Shown here: piece by piece, positions 39,790 to 53,532 of the stretch
Layout: each line of letters starts with the position of its first letter
How positions within the stretch are numbered: the stretch's first letter is position 1
NCBI RefSeq assembly: GCF_964194155.1
Contig: NC_135893.1
Coordinates: 10,044,001-10,108,000, forward strand
Direction of reading: 5' to 3'
DNA from: Cetorhinus maximus
Lineage: Eukaryota
Length of the DNA stretch: 64,000 nucleotides
The notes under the pieces: generated by a model
Told to the model about the DNA's origin: nothing
What the model saw: the letters and a program-made list of their open reading frames with translations, nothing else
Databases searched by the model: none
Position numbers and translations under genes: made by a program

Positions 39790-40355
39790 AAGACTTGCAT
39801 TTATATAGCACCTTTCATGATGTCACAAGCACTTCACAGCCAATAAAGTAGTAATTGTGCCAGCCATTCTGTGCTCAGCAAGCTACCAAAACAGCAGTGT
39901 TATAATGACCAGATAATCTGTTTCTGGAATGTCGATTGAGGGATAAATATTAGCCAGGACACAGGGGATAACTCCCTTCCTCTTCCTTGTAGTTCATTTA
40001 CATCTACTTGCCAGACACTCCAGTGCAGTACTGAGGGAGTGCTGCACTGTCGGAGGTACCTCCTTTAAAGCGAGGCCCCACCTTTTCTTTTTTTAAGGCA
40101 GCTCACCCTCACCTTCTCAAGGGCAACTAGGGATGGACCCAGCCAGCGAAGCCCACATTCCTTGAATGAATTTTTAAAAAAGAGAAAAAAAGGTGGGGCC
40201 TCTCTTTAAAGAAGGTACCTCTGGCAGTGCGACACTCCTTTAGTACTGCACTGGAGCATCAGCTGAGATTTTTGTGTTCAAATCCTGGGCTGGGACTTGA
40301 ATCTGCAACTTTCCAGCTCATAGGCAAGCGTGCTGCCAACTGAGCCACAGCTGAC
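39790..40355 (-). mobile_element. SacSINE1-like SINE with an internal LINE-tail insert and an inverted duplication
   Basis: Tail at 39790 and head at 40350 on the minus strand. Confidence 0.7.
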
Positions 40356-40379
40356 ATGATCCTATATTTGTGGTTACAA

Positions 40380-40640
40380 GCTATTTACAGTACAGAAACA
40401 GGCCATTCAGCCCAACAGGTCTGTGCTGGTGTTTAAGTTCCATATGAACCTCCTCCCATCGCCCTTCATCTAACCTCATGGATTTATCCTTCTGTTCCGT
40501 TCTCCCTCAAGTGTTTCTCCAGCTTTCTCCCCCCCCCCTCCCAAATTTATCTATATGACTTACCTCCACTATTCCCAGTGGCAGTGAGTTCCACAATCTA
40601 AGCAGTAACTGGGTAAAGAAGTTTCTCCTGAATTCCCGAC
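40380..40640 (-). mobile_element. CR1 3' fragment
   Basis: cagaaacaggccattcagccc tail. Confidence 0.65.
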
Positions 40641-43600
40641 CAGATTTATAATCCCTGTTGGTGTTGGGTATGTCCATGCTTCTGCTTTGAAGGATGACTA
40701 AAATGATAAATTGGAGAGGAAATTAGTTTTGAAAGCTGGCTTGGCAATTCTGCGAAGCAACAGCAGGAGCTAATGCAAGAATGTCTCTGAGGCTTGTAAC
40801 AGAGCAACACATGTATAGCGCTGACAGACTTTCACTGCCTAAATAACTCAGAGCAAAATTATGCCACCTCCTTTTTTACTGTTCATTCACCCACCAATAA
40901 TATTTATAGAGTATTAATGGCTGAATGTCCAATATGGATGGATAAAAGAGCCATTTTTGACACAACAATTGCCCCAAATTAGCTGCATTGTTTTGTACTA
41001 AAATTATATTTTGAATCTATTCTTCCTGTTTTGCTGTGTGTATAATGTGAAGCATCCTTTGGGATTTAATTTCCTTTGCAAGCGAACGAGAGCATGAACT
41101 GTGGTAATAGTGGGACCACCCTCTGCCCTTGTTTCCACGGCAAGATCCCATACCCAACATGGCGGCATACAGTGCTGTGTCCTTTCAGTAGCTCTTGCCA
41201 AAGATTTGGAATAGTGTGATCTTTAGTCAGAAGTACTTGCTGGCAGTGGTACTGCTGTAATCCCTCCCAGTTTAGTGATACAAGCCAGTTTACAATGGGT
41301 GTGTTATTTAGCTCAGTAGCTGCCAAGCCTGTTCATGTGCATCGGTTTTCTAAATGTTCCTGTGGGTGGAGATGTGGGATCTACCAACATTGGGAGCTGT
41401 GGGGATTCCTGCAAATGTGAACACATTCTCCTTTTCCTGAAGGAGACTGCGCTCTACCCAAAGGAAAGCAATACTATCATTATGGGATGTGTTTTCTCTC
41501 CGTACATTGTAGAACCAACCTTTCGACACAAGGGGCCAGGCCCATACTCCACACTTAGGAAGCAAGCTGTGAATAATTTGCTTCCCTTTGGGTCAGACAG
41601 AATTTGGATTAAAGACCAAACGCAGTCTCAGATTTATACCAGAACAACTTCACAATAATTCAAGTATCACATTTTTTTCTTTCAAAGTTTTCATGGTGCA
41701 GTTTCAAGCAACCAATAAGACAATGGTCTCTCATGCAACCACAGGACAGCTCAAAAATAACAAACCCATCATACATTCCGCCTCAGAATGCAAAATTATT
41801 CCACGCAATTGTTTTTTTTTAACCTCAGTATGCTCAACAATGCTGATTCACTCAACACTGTTTTGTTATAATCAGTCCCCAGGGCCATGTCCCCCAATTT
41901 GTTAACTTCTCGAACGGGACCCCAATTTTATTCTGCTCCCGAGTGAGGAAGAATGCGCTGGCTCCCCTTTTTTCATTCAACCCCCTCAGATGCTCGCAAC
42001 AAGGTTAATTTAAAAGGGGATCCCTTCCCCCGTGGATACCTTTTCCCGGTCCAAATGTACTTATGCTTCAGAAGGAGCCAATGTAACCAGACATTCTTGA
42101 GCCAGAGAAAGAGTAAGTTTATTAGTTACTGAAACCCGAGAGAAAAAAAATAAAAATGTAACACACACACACACAGATCAGAAATGAGTCCAAAAATAAA
42201 AGTTAAAAAAAGAAAGATATACGAACCAGTCTTTGGCTTGTCCTTGAGTTGGTGGCAAAATGTTGCAGCCATTAAGTTGGGTGATTCCGGTAGAGCTGAC
42301 TTTCAGTTTAGCAGTTGGTTTGGAGACACTTGGTTCCGCAGGTTGGCTGAAGAAGCTGTCCTATTTCCTTTTTGGCTATGGTTTTGCTGACTTGCCTCCA
42401 GCAACAGAGAGAGAGACTCTTTGCTTGTAAGATGCAAAGGGGTACCTAATCAATTATCTTCTGCTGTGACTGTCATTAGCATACACTGATCAGGTCTGCA
42501 GCTAGCTTTTTAACCCATTTCATTGTGTATTCCTGGAAGGGAAAAAACAAGCATGTCTTTTCCACATTCTGAGATATAACTCAACTGGAGATGATTTCTG
42601 TTGAGATTCAGTCTCCATTGTCTCCCCAACCACAGGTGATTAAAGTTCAGTCTTTTGCATTTCATCTATCCCTTTCAAGTGTCTGTCTGAAGTAGGCCTT
42701 GACACCTTTTTAGGTTCTCTCTGGACTAGCCGGTCAAGTATAATCCACATAGGAATTTTGCAGAAGGTGGTTACTTTACATTTTCAGCCATCTTTTGCTC
42801 AGTGTCTTTGCTTCTATGTCTTTCGAAAAAACACATGTCTTCCATGAAAGTTTAATATGCCCGTAAGTAATTTGGGGCTGTAATCCACTGTCATTTACAT
42901 TTTCATTGTTGCTGGCAAATATTTATATTGACACTTCCAAAATATGCCTTCTTAAGGGCAATTAGGGATGTGTAACACATGCTGATCTTGCCAACGATGC
43001 TCACATCCCATTAAAGAATTTTTAAAAACTTGAGAGTGAATCGCACTTTTAGCGGCAGCCATGTGCTCTGTTCCCTATTGTCTACTGTTCTCCCTTGTTT
43101 ACCATTCCCCATTGTCTATTATCCCTCCATCAGTCATTTTCTATGTCAGTAATGGTTGCACCACACAGTCACGCTCATGTACTCACATTTCAGTACAGTT
43201 GAAAATTTTAAAACTAAACATAACTTAAAAAACTGAAACTTTTAGAATGAGCTTTATTGCGGATCACCAACTCCCCCATCACCTTGACCTCACCCTTGAC
43301 GTGCAGAAAGTGCCACGCGGAAGCAGAGGCTTCTCAGTGAACTCTCAAGCTAATCTCTTAGAATTCAGAATTCAGAGGAAGGACAAAAGAAACAACTTCC
43401 TTTTATATAAAATCTTTACTGTCCCCAGGGTGTCCCAAAGTACTTCGCAGCCGATGGACTTCTTTTTGAAACATGCACGGGCCCAATTTTTACTACAGGT
43501 CTAACTGAATGGGTTTTGACTGAGTTAAAATTGGGCCCTATGGTCGCTATGAACAGGAAGACTGGGCCTTGATTTAATGCCTCAACTGAAAAATGTTACC

Positions 43601-44034
43601 TCTAACAATGCAACACTCCCTCAGTACTGAATTGAGATGCCGGTCTGGATTGTGCCCCAGGTCTTGGAATGGAGTTTTAACCCACAACCTCCCAAATTGG
43701 AGGCAATATTTCTCCTCGTCGAGCACAGTTAGAGCAGGAAGTCTGCACTGCTCATGAAAAATTGAAGGGGAAAGGTAATGGCCAAAGAAACAGAGCAATG
43801 TAACAGCCATAGAATTACATTGGCCTGTTTCTGTGCTGTAAATTAATTCAGTCCCAATAGCAAATTGTTTTTGTATTGCACCTTTTAAAGTAGTAAAATT
43901 CTCAAGGCAATTCACAGGAGTTAACTAAAATTTAACACCAAACCAAGTAAGAAGATCTTATTTCCAGGAGGTTATTTGAGGAGGAATGAAAGGGAGTAAT
44001 TTCCTGAGATTGGTGTTTATGCTCCACATGAGCT

Positions 44035-45079
44035 TGTTATGACCCTAGACCAGACCCCCCCCAAGTTTTTGATATGATCCGGTTTGGGACCAATAACGTT
44101 CTGTTTAAAGTAGACAAAGTTTGAGATTCACGACACTTGCTAAGAGAGTAAAGCCACACATTTCCACGGGCTTTGAACAAACAAAAATAAACTTCACCAT
44201 ATAAGGTCAGAACGATAAAACAATTTACAATATCTATCCAATAATCTTAACATTCAGGGCTAATATGAGGTACATGTGAATTAACAGGCAAATTAGGGTC
44301 GAACACACCACACTGCACAATAAATGGCAGATGCGACCAAGACAGATTCCGTGGATCTCTCAACAATCCACCCAGATGTCAGTAAACACTATGAGTCAAC
44401 CAACATCATTTGGAACTTTGTCTCGCTCACAAGGGATCCCAATCTTCACCTTTGAAGATCTAGCCTGGGAATTCTCTCCAAAAGTCGCTCCATTTCAGAT
44501 GGTGTCAATGACGGCCTGCTTGGCTGGGTTTTAGTCTCATCTCCCAGGATTCTGTTCCCCTGGATTCCCGAGCATGCACTCAAGCACCAACTCACAAGAA
44601 TAACTTAAGCTTTTTGGTTTCTCCGAGCAGAATGACTGCTCCAAAGGGGTACCTTTGCCCCCGGTGGCCCGCAGCACAGAGCCACCAACCTTCTGCTGTC
44701 CTCTTCGATCGCTCAGGCTTCTCCTGAGCGCTCTTCGATGGCCAGGTTTTCTCCTGAGCCCTCTCCACTTAAAACCTTCCATCTGCAGCCCTGTTTCTGC
44801 TTGGCGCCTCTTTCTCTGTCCCCTGCCTGGTCTCCTCTTTTGGGACCTCTCCCTGTGCCCTGCCTGGGACACTTGTCTGCAATGGAGCTCCGCTCCTGGC
44901 CGCCTGACCCAGCTTTTCGCACCATTTTCTTTCTGCGCAAGCACACTGGCCCAAAGAATGTAAAATGCTGAAGTGCGGATGCGCAGTCCACTCTGGTCCG
45001 CATATGCGCGGAAACTGAGAGGGACTTGGGAGTTCCCGACCTCTGCTCTCACTGAGAAGGTAAGTTAATTTTCGTAACA
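44035..45079. mobile_element. Solo LTR (Gypsy-like) inserted into a CR1 tail
   Basis: Termini TGTTATGA...TCGTAACA with flanks GAGCT/GACCT. The host sequence gctccacatgag|cctcctcc rejoins across it. Confidence 0.65.
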
Positions 45080-46799
45080 GACCTCCTCCTATCCATCGAA
45101 CTCTACCTGCGCTTCCATTCCAGTTAAGTAACCGACTCCAGTTCTGCTACTGTTTTCACAGAGAAACCAGCAGTTTGATTCAGAATTAACTTGAATCAGC
45201 CAGCTTATCAACTGTGCAGATCAATTGAAAATGAGAGAGCAATATTCGGAGCAAATTGGGACCAGGAATGCTTCCTACACGCTCCTGGTTGGCTCTCGTG
45301 CTAGGTGAGACGGCAGCAGTTTGATTTATTCTTAATTTGTATTTTTGGGGATCTTTGCGAGTATATGTGGGACTGGAGCTGTTGTCTGTCCTTGCGTCTT
45401 CTCCCCATTGAAGTCCTTCAAACACTCTTGGGCCACATGCTACACATAATGCCACAGTGAGCAAGTTCAATAAGTGCTTCAATAAGGCCACAGTTGTTCG
45501 ATGAAACCTTTAAATATACTTCAGTCAGCCTGTGGCCTGAAGGTAGTCAGTCATATCTTGGGATCCAGGAACTAATACGTGGCCATCAGTCCACAAAGTA
45601 GAAAAATACAGATGACTCTTAAAATTTACTGATTCCTCTCTGAGTCAATCGGATTTCAGAAGCATTTGAAAATCAATAGCAAACCCTTGTCTTCCTTCAT
45701 ATGATCACTCTTTAGTTTGACTTCTACTTAATTATAAACTTTATCAGATGCTGACTTTAACCCTTTTTGGGTGGATTGTCTCAGAGATCCGACACAGCTC
45801 CTGTTAACCTGCACTCTGTCAGTGAGGATTTGACCACTACCTTTCAGATAGAAGGACACATTCTCAGATAGGAGATCATATTGCTATAATCCTACCATCA
45901 ACCCCTCAAGTGCGCTCTCAAATTGTTGTGACAGCGATTTGCCATAATGGCACTTGTTCAGCTGTGCAATGCACCCTTATTCCAGTCTTGACAGAATCTA
46001 GACAATGAAAAATGTGCAGCAGAACAATAATGGTTTTTGTCTTTTGCTTTTAGAGAAAATAAATTTCTCTTTGCCGACTTTGCAATAAATATAAATCTAG
46101 CTACGGCAGGCATGAGGGTCCGGTATTTCTCTTTGCAGAGCAATTTTCTTTTTGGAGGGATTTGAGGCTACAGCACTATTGTAACAGTTTGAAAATGGCT
46201 TTGTTGCTTTGAGAGAGATTTCCTGCTGTCTTTTGTCCCTCTGGGTGGAGGGAAGACAATGAATCTTTTGCCTTGTCGAGTGTGCCGATGCCATTGTCAC
46301 TAATATTGATTGCAGATCTATGCCTTAAGGGGGTCCTGCGTAACAAGGCTCTGTTTTTCATTGTCTTGTGCGAATTATTTGTTTTGGGACTTCTGATGCA
46401 CTGCCCCAGTGCCTCTGCAATCCATTTTATTGACAGCTTTAATTTTTATTGAAGTTACTCTTTCTGCCTTTCTTTGTACCAGATGCAACATTCAAGGGAA
46501 GGAACATATGCGTTTTGTGAGGTTGCCTTTGTCTCTCGGTGTTTTCAATAAGAATTCACTCCTACGTAAAACTCACCATCGAAGCCCATAATCTAAATAA
46601 CCGAAGAAAAGCATTAGGATTTTCGTACTTAATTTCTACAATGATGAAGCAAAGTTACATGAATGACTGCAATCTATCTAAATCTGTTGTTCTATTTTTT
46701 TGGGCTTCACATATATCTTAATAGATTAGTAGTTCGTCTCCGGCTAACAGATAAAGAGTTGAATAATGAGGGCATGTTGCATTGACTAAGCTTATAGTC

Positions 46800-47130
46800 T
46801 CTTGAATATAAAGATTAAGTGGTGATCTAATTGAAGTGTGTTAGATGATTAAAGGAATTGACAGCATAGATAGAGAGAAACTATGGAAGAGGGAGTCCAG
46901 AACAAGATGGCAAACCCCTAAAATTAGAGCTAGGCTATTCAGGACTGATGTCACCACAAATGGCAGTGGAAATCTGGATCTCTGTCTCGAAAAGCTGTTG
47001 AGGCTTGGCGGGGGAGGGGAGGCACCGAACCAAGGTGGGTAGATGGAGTTAAGATAGAGATTAGCCATGATCTAATTGAATGGGTGAGGAGGTTCCAAGG
47101 GGCTGAGTGGCCTCTTGCTGCTTCTGTGGT
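46800..47130 (+). mobile_element. CR1 3' fragment
   Basis: gtgatctaattgaagtg...gagtccagaacaag and the CR1 tail. Confidence 0.7.
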
Positions 47131-47939
47131 CCTCCGAAAATGTCATGTTGACAGGCGGTTAGCTGTCATTCAGAGAGATCAGGAGTGTCTGTGATGCCCC
47201 TGAGGTTGACAAATTTGCCAACACTCAGCATCAAAGCTCCCTTGGACAATGGCCACTTGGAACCTTACCCAGGGAGGAGTCAGTGCCTTGAGAGAGAAAA
47301 TAGAAAATTGGAAAACAAAGAAAAACTCCATTTAAAATGTAGTGTCATAACATCTTGCTTAAGTCGCTGGAAACTAGGACAATGGCTGTAGTTTTTAATA
47401 GTTAAAATGAACTGAATTCACAGTAACATTCCATTAGACTATTTTTTGAGTGTAATGTGCAATTGGATCTGTTGGAGAGTTAATGAGTAACATGTTCTCC
47501 AGGTGGTTTGATATCCCCATGCTCCCCTTAATTTAACAGAATTATTTAACAATATGTTTCCCTTCGTCACTACTGCACACCAAGGCTACATTTAATTCAA
47601 AAACTCATGCATCTAGATATCATCAAAACCCCGGTGCATTGATTGGTGAGGGAGCGGCGAATGAAATATTCAATCATCTATGGTAACTGCTCAGACTTTC
47701 TCCCAAATATTCTGCCTAATGCTGTTTGTCTTCTTGTGGGAAGTTAGCCTCAATAAGCAGCTCAAGTCTCCATTAATTCAACTTCTGCACCCTTGCATAT
47801 GTTGCAGCTCGTCTCCTTTCGTTCAACTTGCACAATTGTTTGTGTTGCCTCTGAGTTAGTATGTCCAGGGTTAGCAATTGCCTCATAATTGTATCAACCA
47901 CTGACCTTCACACAGGATGGCCCACCAAGTTTCCCCGAC

Positions 47940-48400
47940 TATCACCTATCACCCCTGTGCTTGCTGACCTACATTGGCTCCCTGTCAAGCCAACATCTCG
48001 TTTTTAAAATTCTCATTTTTTTTCAAATCCCTCCATCGTCTCGCCCCTTCCTATCTCTGTAATCTCCTCCAACCCCACAACCCTCTGAGATATCTGTGCT
48101 CCTCTAATTCTTGTCTCCTGTGCATCCTCAATTTTAATCGCACCAGCGTTGGTGGCCGTGCCTTTAGTTGCCAAAGCCCCAAGCTCTGGAATTCCCTCCC
48201 TACCCTCTCGGCCTCTCTACCTCGCTTCCTCTTTAAAGACACTCTTTGAATCCTGTCTCTTTGACCAAGCTTTCAGTCACCTGACTTAATATCTCCTTAT
48301 TAGTGGCTCAGTGTCATACTTTGTTTTATAATGCTCCTGTGTAGTACCTTGTGAAGTTTCATTACATTAAAGGTGCTATATAAATATAAATTATTATTGT
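47940..48400 (+). mobile_element. L2 LINE 3' end
   Basis: Encodes FKSLHRLAPSYL...GGRAFSCQSPKLWNSLP, then the tail ggtgctatataaat. Confidence 0.85.
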
Positions 48401-48617
48401 TGACTATTGAAAGGGCGAAATGACTACACTTGTCAGGTTTTCTTCAGTACTTTAATTGGCAGGTTCAACAATGCAGAGGAACAATGAGATTTGAGCAAGA
48501 TACTGGAATAAACGCGGCAATACTTGCTGAGGGAGAGCCTTGCTCTATATGAGTATGGGTCAGATATGAGGCTACAACACTGATTGCCTGAAGTGTTTTA
48601 AACAACGAGGATTGACA

Positions 48618-49741
48618 AAACAAAAACAAAAATACCTGGTAAAACTCAGCAGGTCTGGCAGCATCTGTGGAGAGGAGCACAGTTAACGTTTCGAGTCCAC
48701 ATGACTCTTCAACAGAACTAAGGAAAAATAGAAAAGGGGTGAAATATAAGTTGGTTTAAGGTGGGGGTTGGGACAAGAAGAGCTGGATAGAGGGCCAGTG
48801 ATAGGTGGAGATAACCAAAAGATGTCACAGACAAAAGGACGAAGAGGTGTTGAAGGTGGTGCTATTATCTAAAGGAATGTGCTAATTAAGAGTAGAAAGC
48901 AGGACGAGCAAGGTAAAGATAGCCCTAGTGGGGGTGGGGTGAAGGAATGGAAAAAGGCTAAAAGGTAGAGATAAAACAATGGATGGATGTGACTGGGTGA
49001 CCGCTTTGCAGAACACCATCGGTCTGTCCGCAAGCATTACCCAGACCTTCCTGTCGCCTGCCATTTCAACACTCCACCCTGCTCTCATGCCCACATGTCC
49101 GTCCTTGGCTTGCTGCATTGTTCCAGTGAAGCTCAACGCAAACTGGAGGAACAGCACCTCATCTTCCGACTGGGCACTTTACAGCCTTCCGGACTGAATA
49201 TTGACTTCAACAATTTTAGATCATGAACTCTCTCCTCCATCCCCACCCCCTTTCCGATTTTCCCCCTCCTTTTTGTTTTTTCCAATAATTTATATAGATT
49301 TTTCTTTTCCCACCTATATCCATTATTTTTAAATGTATTTCCATCCATTGTTTTATCTCTACCTTTTAGCCTTTTTCGATTCCTTCACCCCACCCCACCA
49401 GGGCTATCTGTACCTTGCTCGTCCTGCTTTCTACCCTTAATTAGCACATTCCTTTAGATAATATCACCACCTTCAACACCTCTTTGTCCTTTTGTCTGTG
49501 ACATCTTTTGGTTATCTCCACCTATCACTGGCCCTCTATCCAGCTCTTCTTGTCCCAACCCCCACTTAAACCAGCTTATATTTCACCCCTTTTCTATTTT
49601 TCCTTAGTTCTGTTGAAGAGTCATGCGGACTCGAAATGTTAACTGTGCTCCTCTCCGCAGATGCTGCCAGACCTGCTGAGTTTTTCCAGGTATTTTTGTT
49701 TTTGTTTTGGATTTCCAGCATCCGCAGTTTTTTGCTTTTAT
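48618..49741 (+). mobile_element. Penelope-like element: 5'-truncated GIY-YIG C-terminus between inverted pLTRs
   Basis: About 49128-49220 encodes EAQRKLEEQHLIFRLGTLQPSGLNIDFNNFR. 48618-48985 is the inverse of about 49340-49705. A 15-bp TSD CAA(C/A)GAGGATTGACA sits at 48603-48617 and 49742-49756. Confidence 0.85.
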
Positions 49742-51348
49742 CAAAGAGGATTGACAGGTTATGTCAGGAAAGACTTTACCGTCGGGAAGTCGAGAACAAA
49801 TGGGTATACTTAGAATTTAAACAAAGGCAGGTAAGTGTGAATCCAGAGAGAAATAAAATTCTTCAAGGGCTTGTGCAATTGTGGAATTCAGTGTTTCAGA
49901 GGCCTACAGTTACAGAATAGCCTGAGGCATTTAAAAAGTAAAGGCTTTGAGGAACAGGGGGAAAAAAAGGCAAGGAATTCTCAACTCTCGCAAAATGTAG
50001 AGCAGCCTTGTTTTGACAAATGGTGTAATAGTCTTCCAGATGAGACTTTAAGTTGAGGCCTCCTCTGTCCTGAGCGTTATAATTCCCATGTCACTATTTT
50101 AAAGAAGAGCAAAAAAGTTCTCCTCAGTGCCCTGACCTATATTTATTCCTCAACCAATAACACTAAAACTAATTACCTGTTGATTGCCACATTGCTGTTT
50201 GTGAGATCTTGCTGTGCACCAATGGACTGCCTTGTTTCCTCCATGGTAACGGTGATTACATTTAAAAGGAATTCATTGGCTGTAAAGAACTTTGGGACAA
50301 TCTTAGGGGTCATGAATGACGTTATATGAACAGGAGTTTTTCATCTCTACTCCCAGATCCAACATTCCTGGACTTTTCACCAACTGTAGCTGATTGTGCA
50401 GTCTGCTCTCAGCTCAGCCAACAATACTCTGAATTGGCTGCTGGAGAGGGAAGCTGCCAAGGGCTGAGTCCATGTGTATCTCTCCTCATGGCAATGTGGT
50501 TGAGATTGGAACTCAGTGGAGTGGAGGAATCAAGCCTGTGTCTAGCACTGCATAGCAGTACTTTTGGCTTATTCCGGTACTGTGTGACAATACACATGAC
50601 ACCAGGCACTGCCAAAAAGCCTTTGTTAAGTTGGTCCAAGGGTTCCTTGGGAATAATTTGCCCTTTTTTTAAACAAAAGAAGACACGTAGGATTGTGAAC
50701 ACTCAGATTAAGTGGGATTCAAGGGACAGACAAAAACCCAGCATCTGTCACATCACATTGAACTGCCAATGTCCTTTACAAAAGCTGCAAATGGACTTCA
50801 AGCAACCCGCAAAAAAAGACACGAGTTTTTGGAGAAATTACAAGTGCACTGTTTTCTGGAGCAAGGTCAATTTAATCTGCGCAGCACTTTTGTGTGCCGA
50901 AAACAAGATGCATCTGCCCCCTCATTCGTTCCACCAATAGACTCTGTTTGTGTTAACAGATGTGGAAGTGTTCCCATTGTGAAACGCGCACATTTACAAA
51001 TTGAATTTCCACCTTCAACGTGAAATACTTTCCTGCAAAACTCAAACTCCATTCAAAGTTTTGCCGACAGCATCAGCCAAATAGAACTGCAGGAAGAGCT
51101 TGCATTCTTATGACCCCTTTCTCATCCTCAAAACATATCCCACAAAGACTTCCCTGGCAGTGAGTTACTTTTGGTGCAGGCAAATGAGACGGTCAGTGAA
51201 ATTCTGCCAAAGCCAAATGCGAGGTGAATGGCTGGTAATCTATATTTGGTGGGGGCTAGTGAAAGCATGAACGTGTGTGGACAAGACATTGGAAGAATGC
51301 CAACCCTCTTCTTTTCTTTTATATGTGCTTGAACAGCCTGAGTTAGAA

Positions 51349-51501
51349 AAATAAAAGCAAAAAACTGCGGATGCTGGAAATCCAAAACAAAAATAAAAAT
51401 ACCTGGAAGAACTCAGCAAGTCTGACAACATCTGTTGTTCTGTTGAAGAGTCATACGGACTCGAAACGTTACCCGTATTCCTCTCCGCAGATGCTGCCAA
51501 A
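51349..51501. mobile_element. Penelope-derived mini inverted element
   Basis: pLTR arms in opposite orientation, with a 12-bp TSD CCTGA(G/T)TTAGAA. Confidence 0.7.
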
Positions 51502-51716
51502 CCTGATTTAGAAGGTGTATTCTCTTGCTACATCCCACCTCCCACAGCCCTCCCCCGTCAAACAGCCTTACTTCCCCCATCTCCAATATTTCTAGAACTA
51601 ATAAAAGAAGTGTTCAAAGGAAATCGAGGAAAAAGCACTCAATTTTAACAAAGCCCCAATGATTCCTCTCCCAGGTTTGCTCGGGACAGTACCCACCCAG
51701 CAACTAATCTTCAGTT

Positions 51717-52473
51717 AGTATTGCTGAAAAAAGACGTGTCGAAGCTTTTTGTCTTACACTCATCAGGACACTTCACAGGAACACCAATACAGGGGAAACC
51801 AATTTAATCTGTATGGGGAGAGAGTGTTGATTAGTTGGCAAGTGGACTCTGGTAGAGGCGTTGCCATGGAGAATGCACCAATTGACAGTGATTGACAGCT
51901 AACTGCCCAGCATTGTTTAAAATTTAAACCAGACTGTACCCAACGTGCTTGCTCAAAATAAACTCAAAACACAGTGTCCAACATTAGATGTGATTCCGTG
52001 CTTGGACAACATTTGCTAAATAATCCTCAGTATGCTAGGAATTACGCTGACAACTAATTTAAGATTGTCAGTCAGGCTCACAATGTGGCGCATTTGCGTG
52101 TAAAGGAAGCCACATATATTAATACACAGGGCCCTGTTCTTTGCAGATAGAAAGAACATGTACACACATTGCGCCTTTTTCAGCTAAACAAAATAAGTTG
52201 CAGCCATTCACTGACTCATTCCTCAGGGCAATGCCTTGACCAATCAGGGCCAAGCTGCCTGGTTTAAATTTCAAACAATGCTTGTCAGTCACCATCATTT
52301 GGTGCATTCTACATGGCAACGCCTCTATCAATCAGAGTCCACTTGCCAATTAATCAGCACTCTCTTCACATACAGTATAAATTGTTGTTTCCCCCTCATA
52401 TTGGCATTCTTGCATAGTGTCCTGATAAGTGCAAGACGAGAAGCTTCGACTTGTCTCATTTTTCAGCAATACT
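51717..52473. mobile_element. Second Penelope-like family: inverted pLTR pair with degenerate hammerhead motifs
   Basis: About 51717-51932 is inverted relative to about 52258-52473 (agtattgctgaaaa / ttttcagcaatact; gttgccatg / catggcaac). Confidence 0.6.
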
Positions 52474-53532
52474 CAAGTTCTGTACCAAACGACTAACCTT
52501 CGATTCCTGGAACCTGCAACAAGAGAGGGAGAGGGAAAAGCCCTCCTGTGTTCCATTACTGATTACTGTCCAATAATTGTCAGTGTGACTGCATGAATGC
52601 AACAGCAGAACTGAATCTCTGCAGGTCAACTAGATAAAGAGAGCCTGTAAATGTTACAGTTCTTTTGTGAAACGTGCAGAAACTGGAAGGAGAAACAGGG
52701 GCAAAACGTGAAGAGAGGGGTGGAATAAGCAATTGATTTTTTTTTAAATGAATTCAAGAGTGTAAAGACGGGAAGGTGGAATCTGGTATTTCCAAATAAT
52801 CACTCAGATTGCTATAGTGATAGCTAGCTATAGGGAAATGGAAATGAATACAGTGAAAAAGTGTTTGGCTGAAGGCAGCAGCAAAAACCTTGAAAAGGAA
52901 AATTAAATTGCATCAAAAAGACTTGAAGGAAAGGAGACCTATCAAATATCACTTTTAGTGCAATTTGAAGGAGGTTAGATATCTTTATATTATAATTTAT
53001 TGTGTCTGGCATATACATAAGAGTCTATCAATCTGTCAGCCACTGTTCCTCTATCACAAGTGTCAATTTAGCTTAATTTGTAGCACTCCTGCCTCTGAAT
53101 CAGAAGATTGTGTGTTTAAGCCTAAGGATTTGAACACATAATCTAGGTCAACACCTGAGTACTGTACTGACGGGGCTGCTTTATTGGAGGTGTTGGCTTT
53201 CAAATGAGATGTGAAACTTGATCTGTCTGCTCAGATGGGATGTCAGCCTATGGCACTATTTAAAGAGGAGCAGAGAGTTCTCCCAGGGTCTTGGCCAACA
53301 TTCCTCCCTCGCCTCTCAATTAACAGCACTCGATCACACCTCTTTCTAATTTTTTAAAGACCTGACATTATCCCTCTTGCCCAGGGAAAAGATTCTACCT
53401 GTGGCTACTGCTGGCTCTCGAGTCCAAAGCCTCACGCTTGCTGCGAATGTCTTACTGGTGGTAACATTACAATTCGCCTCTACCCCTGAGCCACAGGCAG
53501 ATAAAGCCAGTGGCAGCCCCCGCCCCTGATTA

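Noticed and set aside
44537-45052. Cluster of overlapping ORFs up to 171 aa
   Set aside because: GC-rich repeat sequence inside the solo LTR, with no protein motifs.
50326-50940. 204-aa ORF as a gene
   Set aside because: No recognisable domain or splice structure, and it starts in a SINE tail. It is probably a chance ORF.
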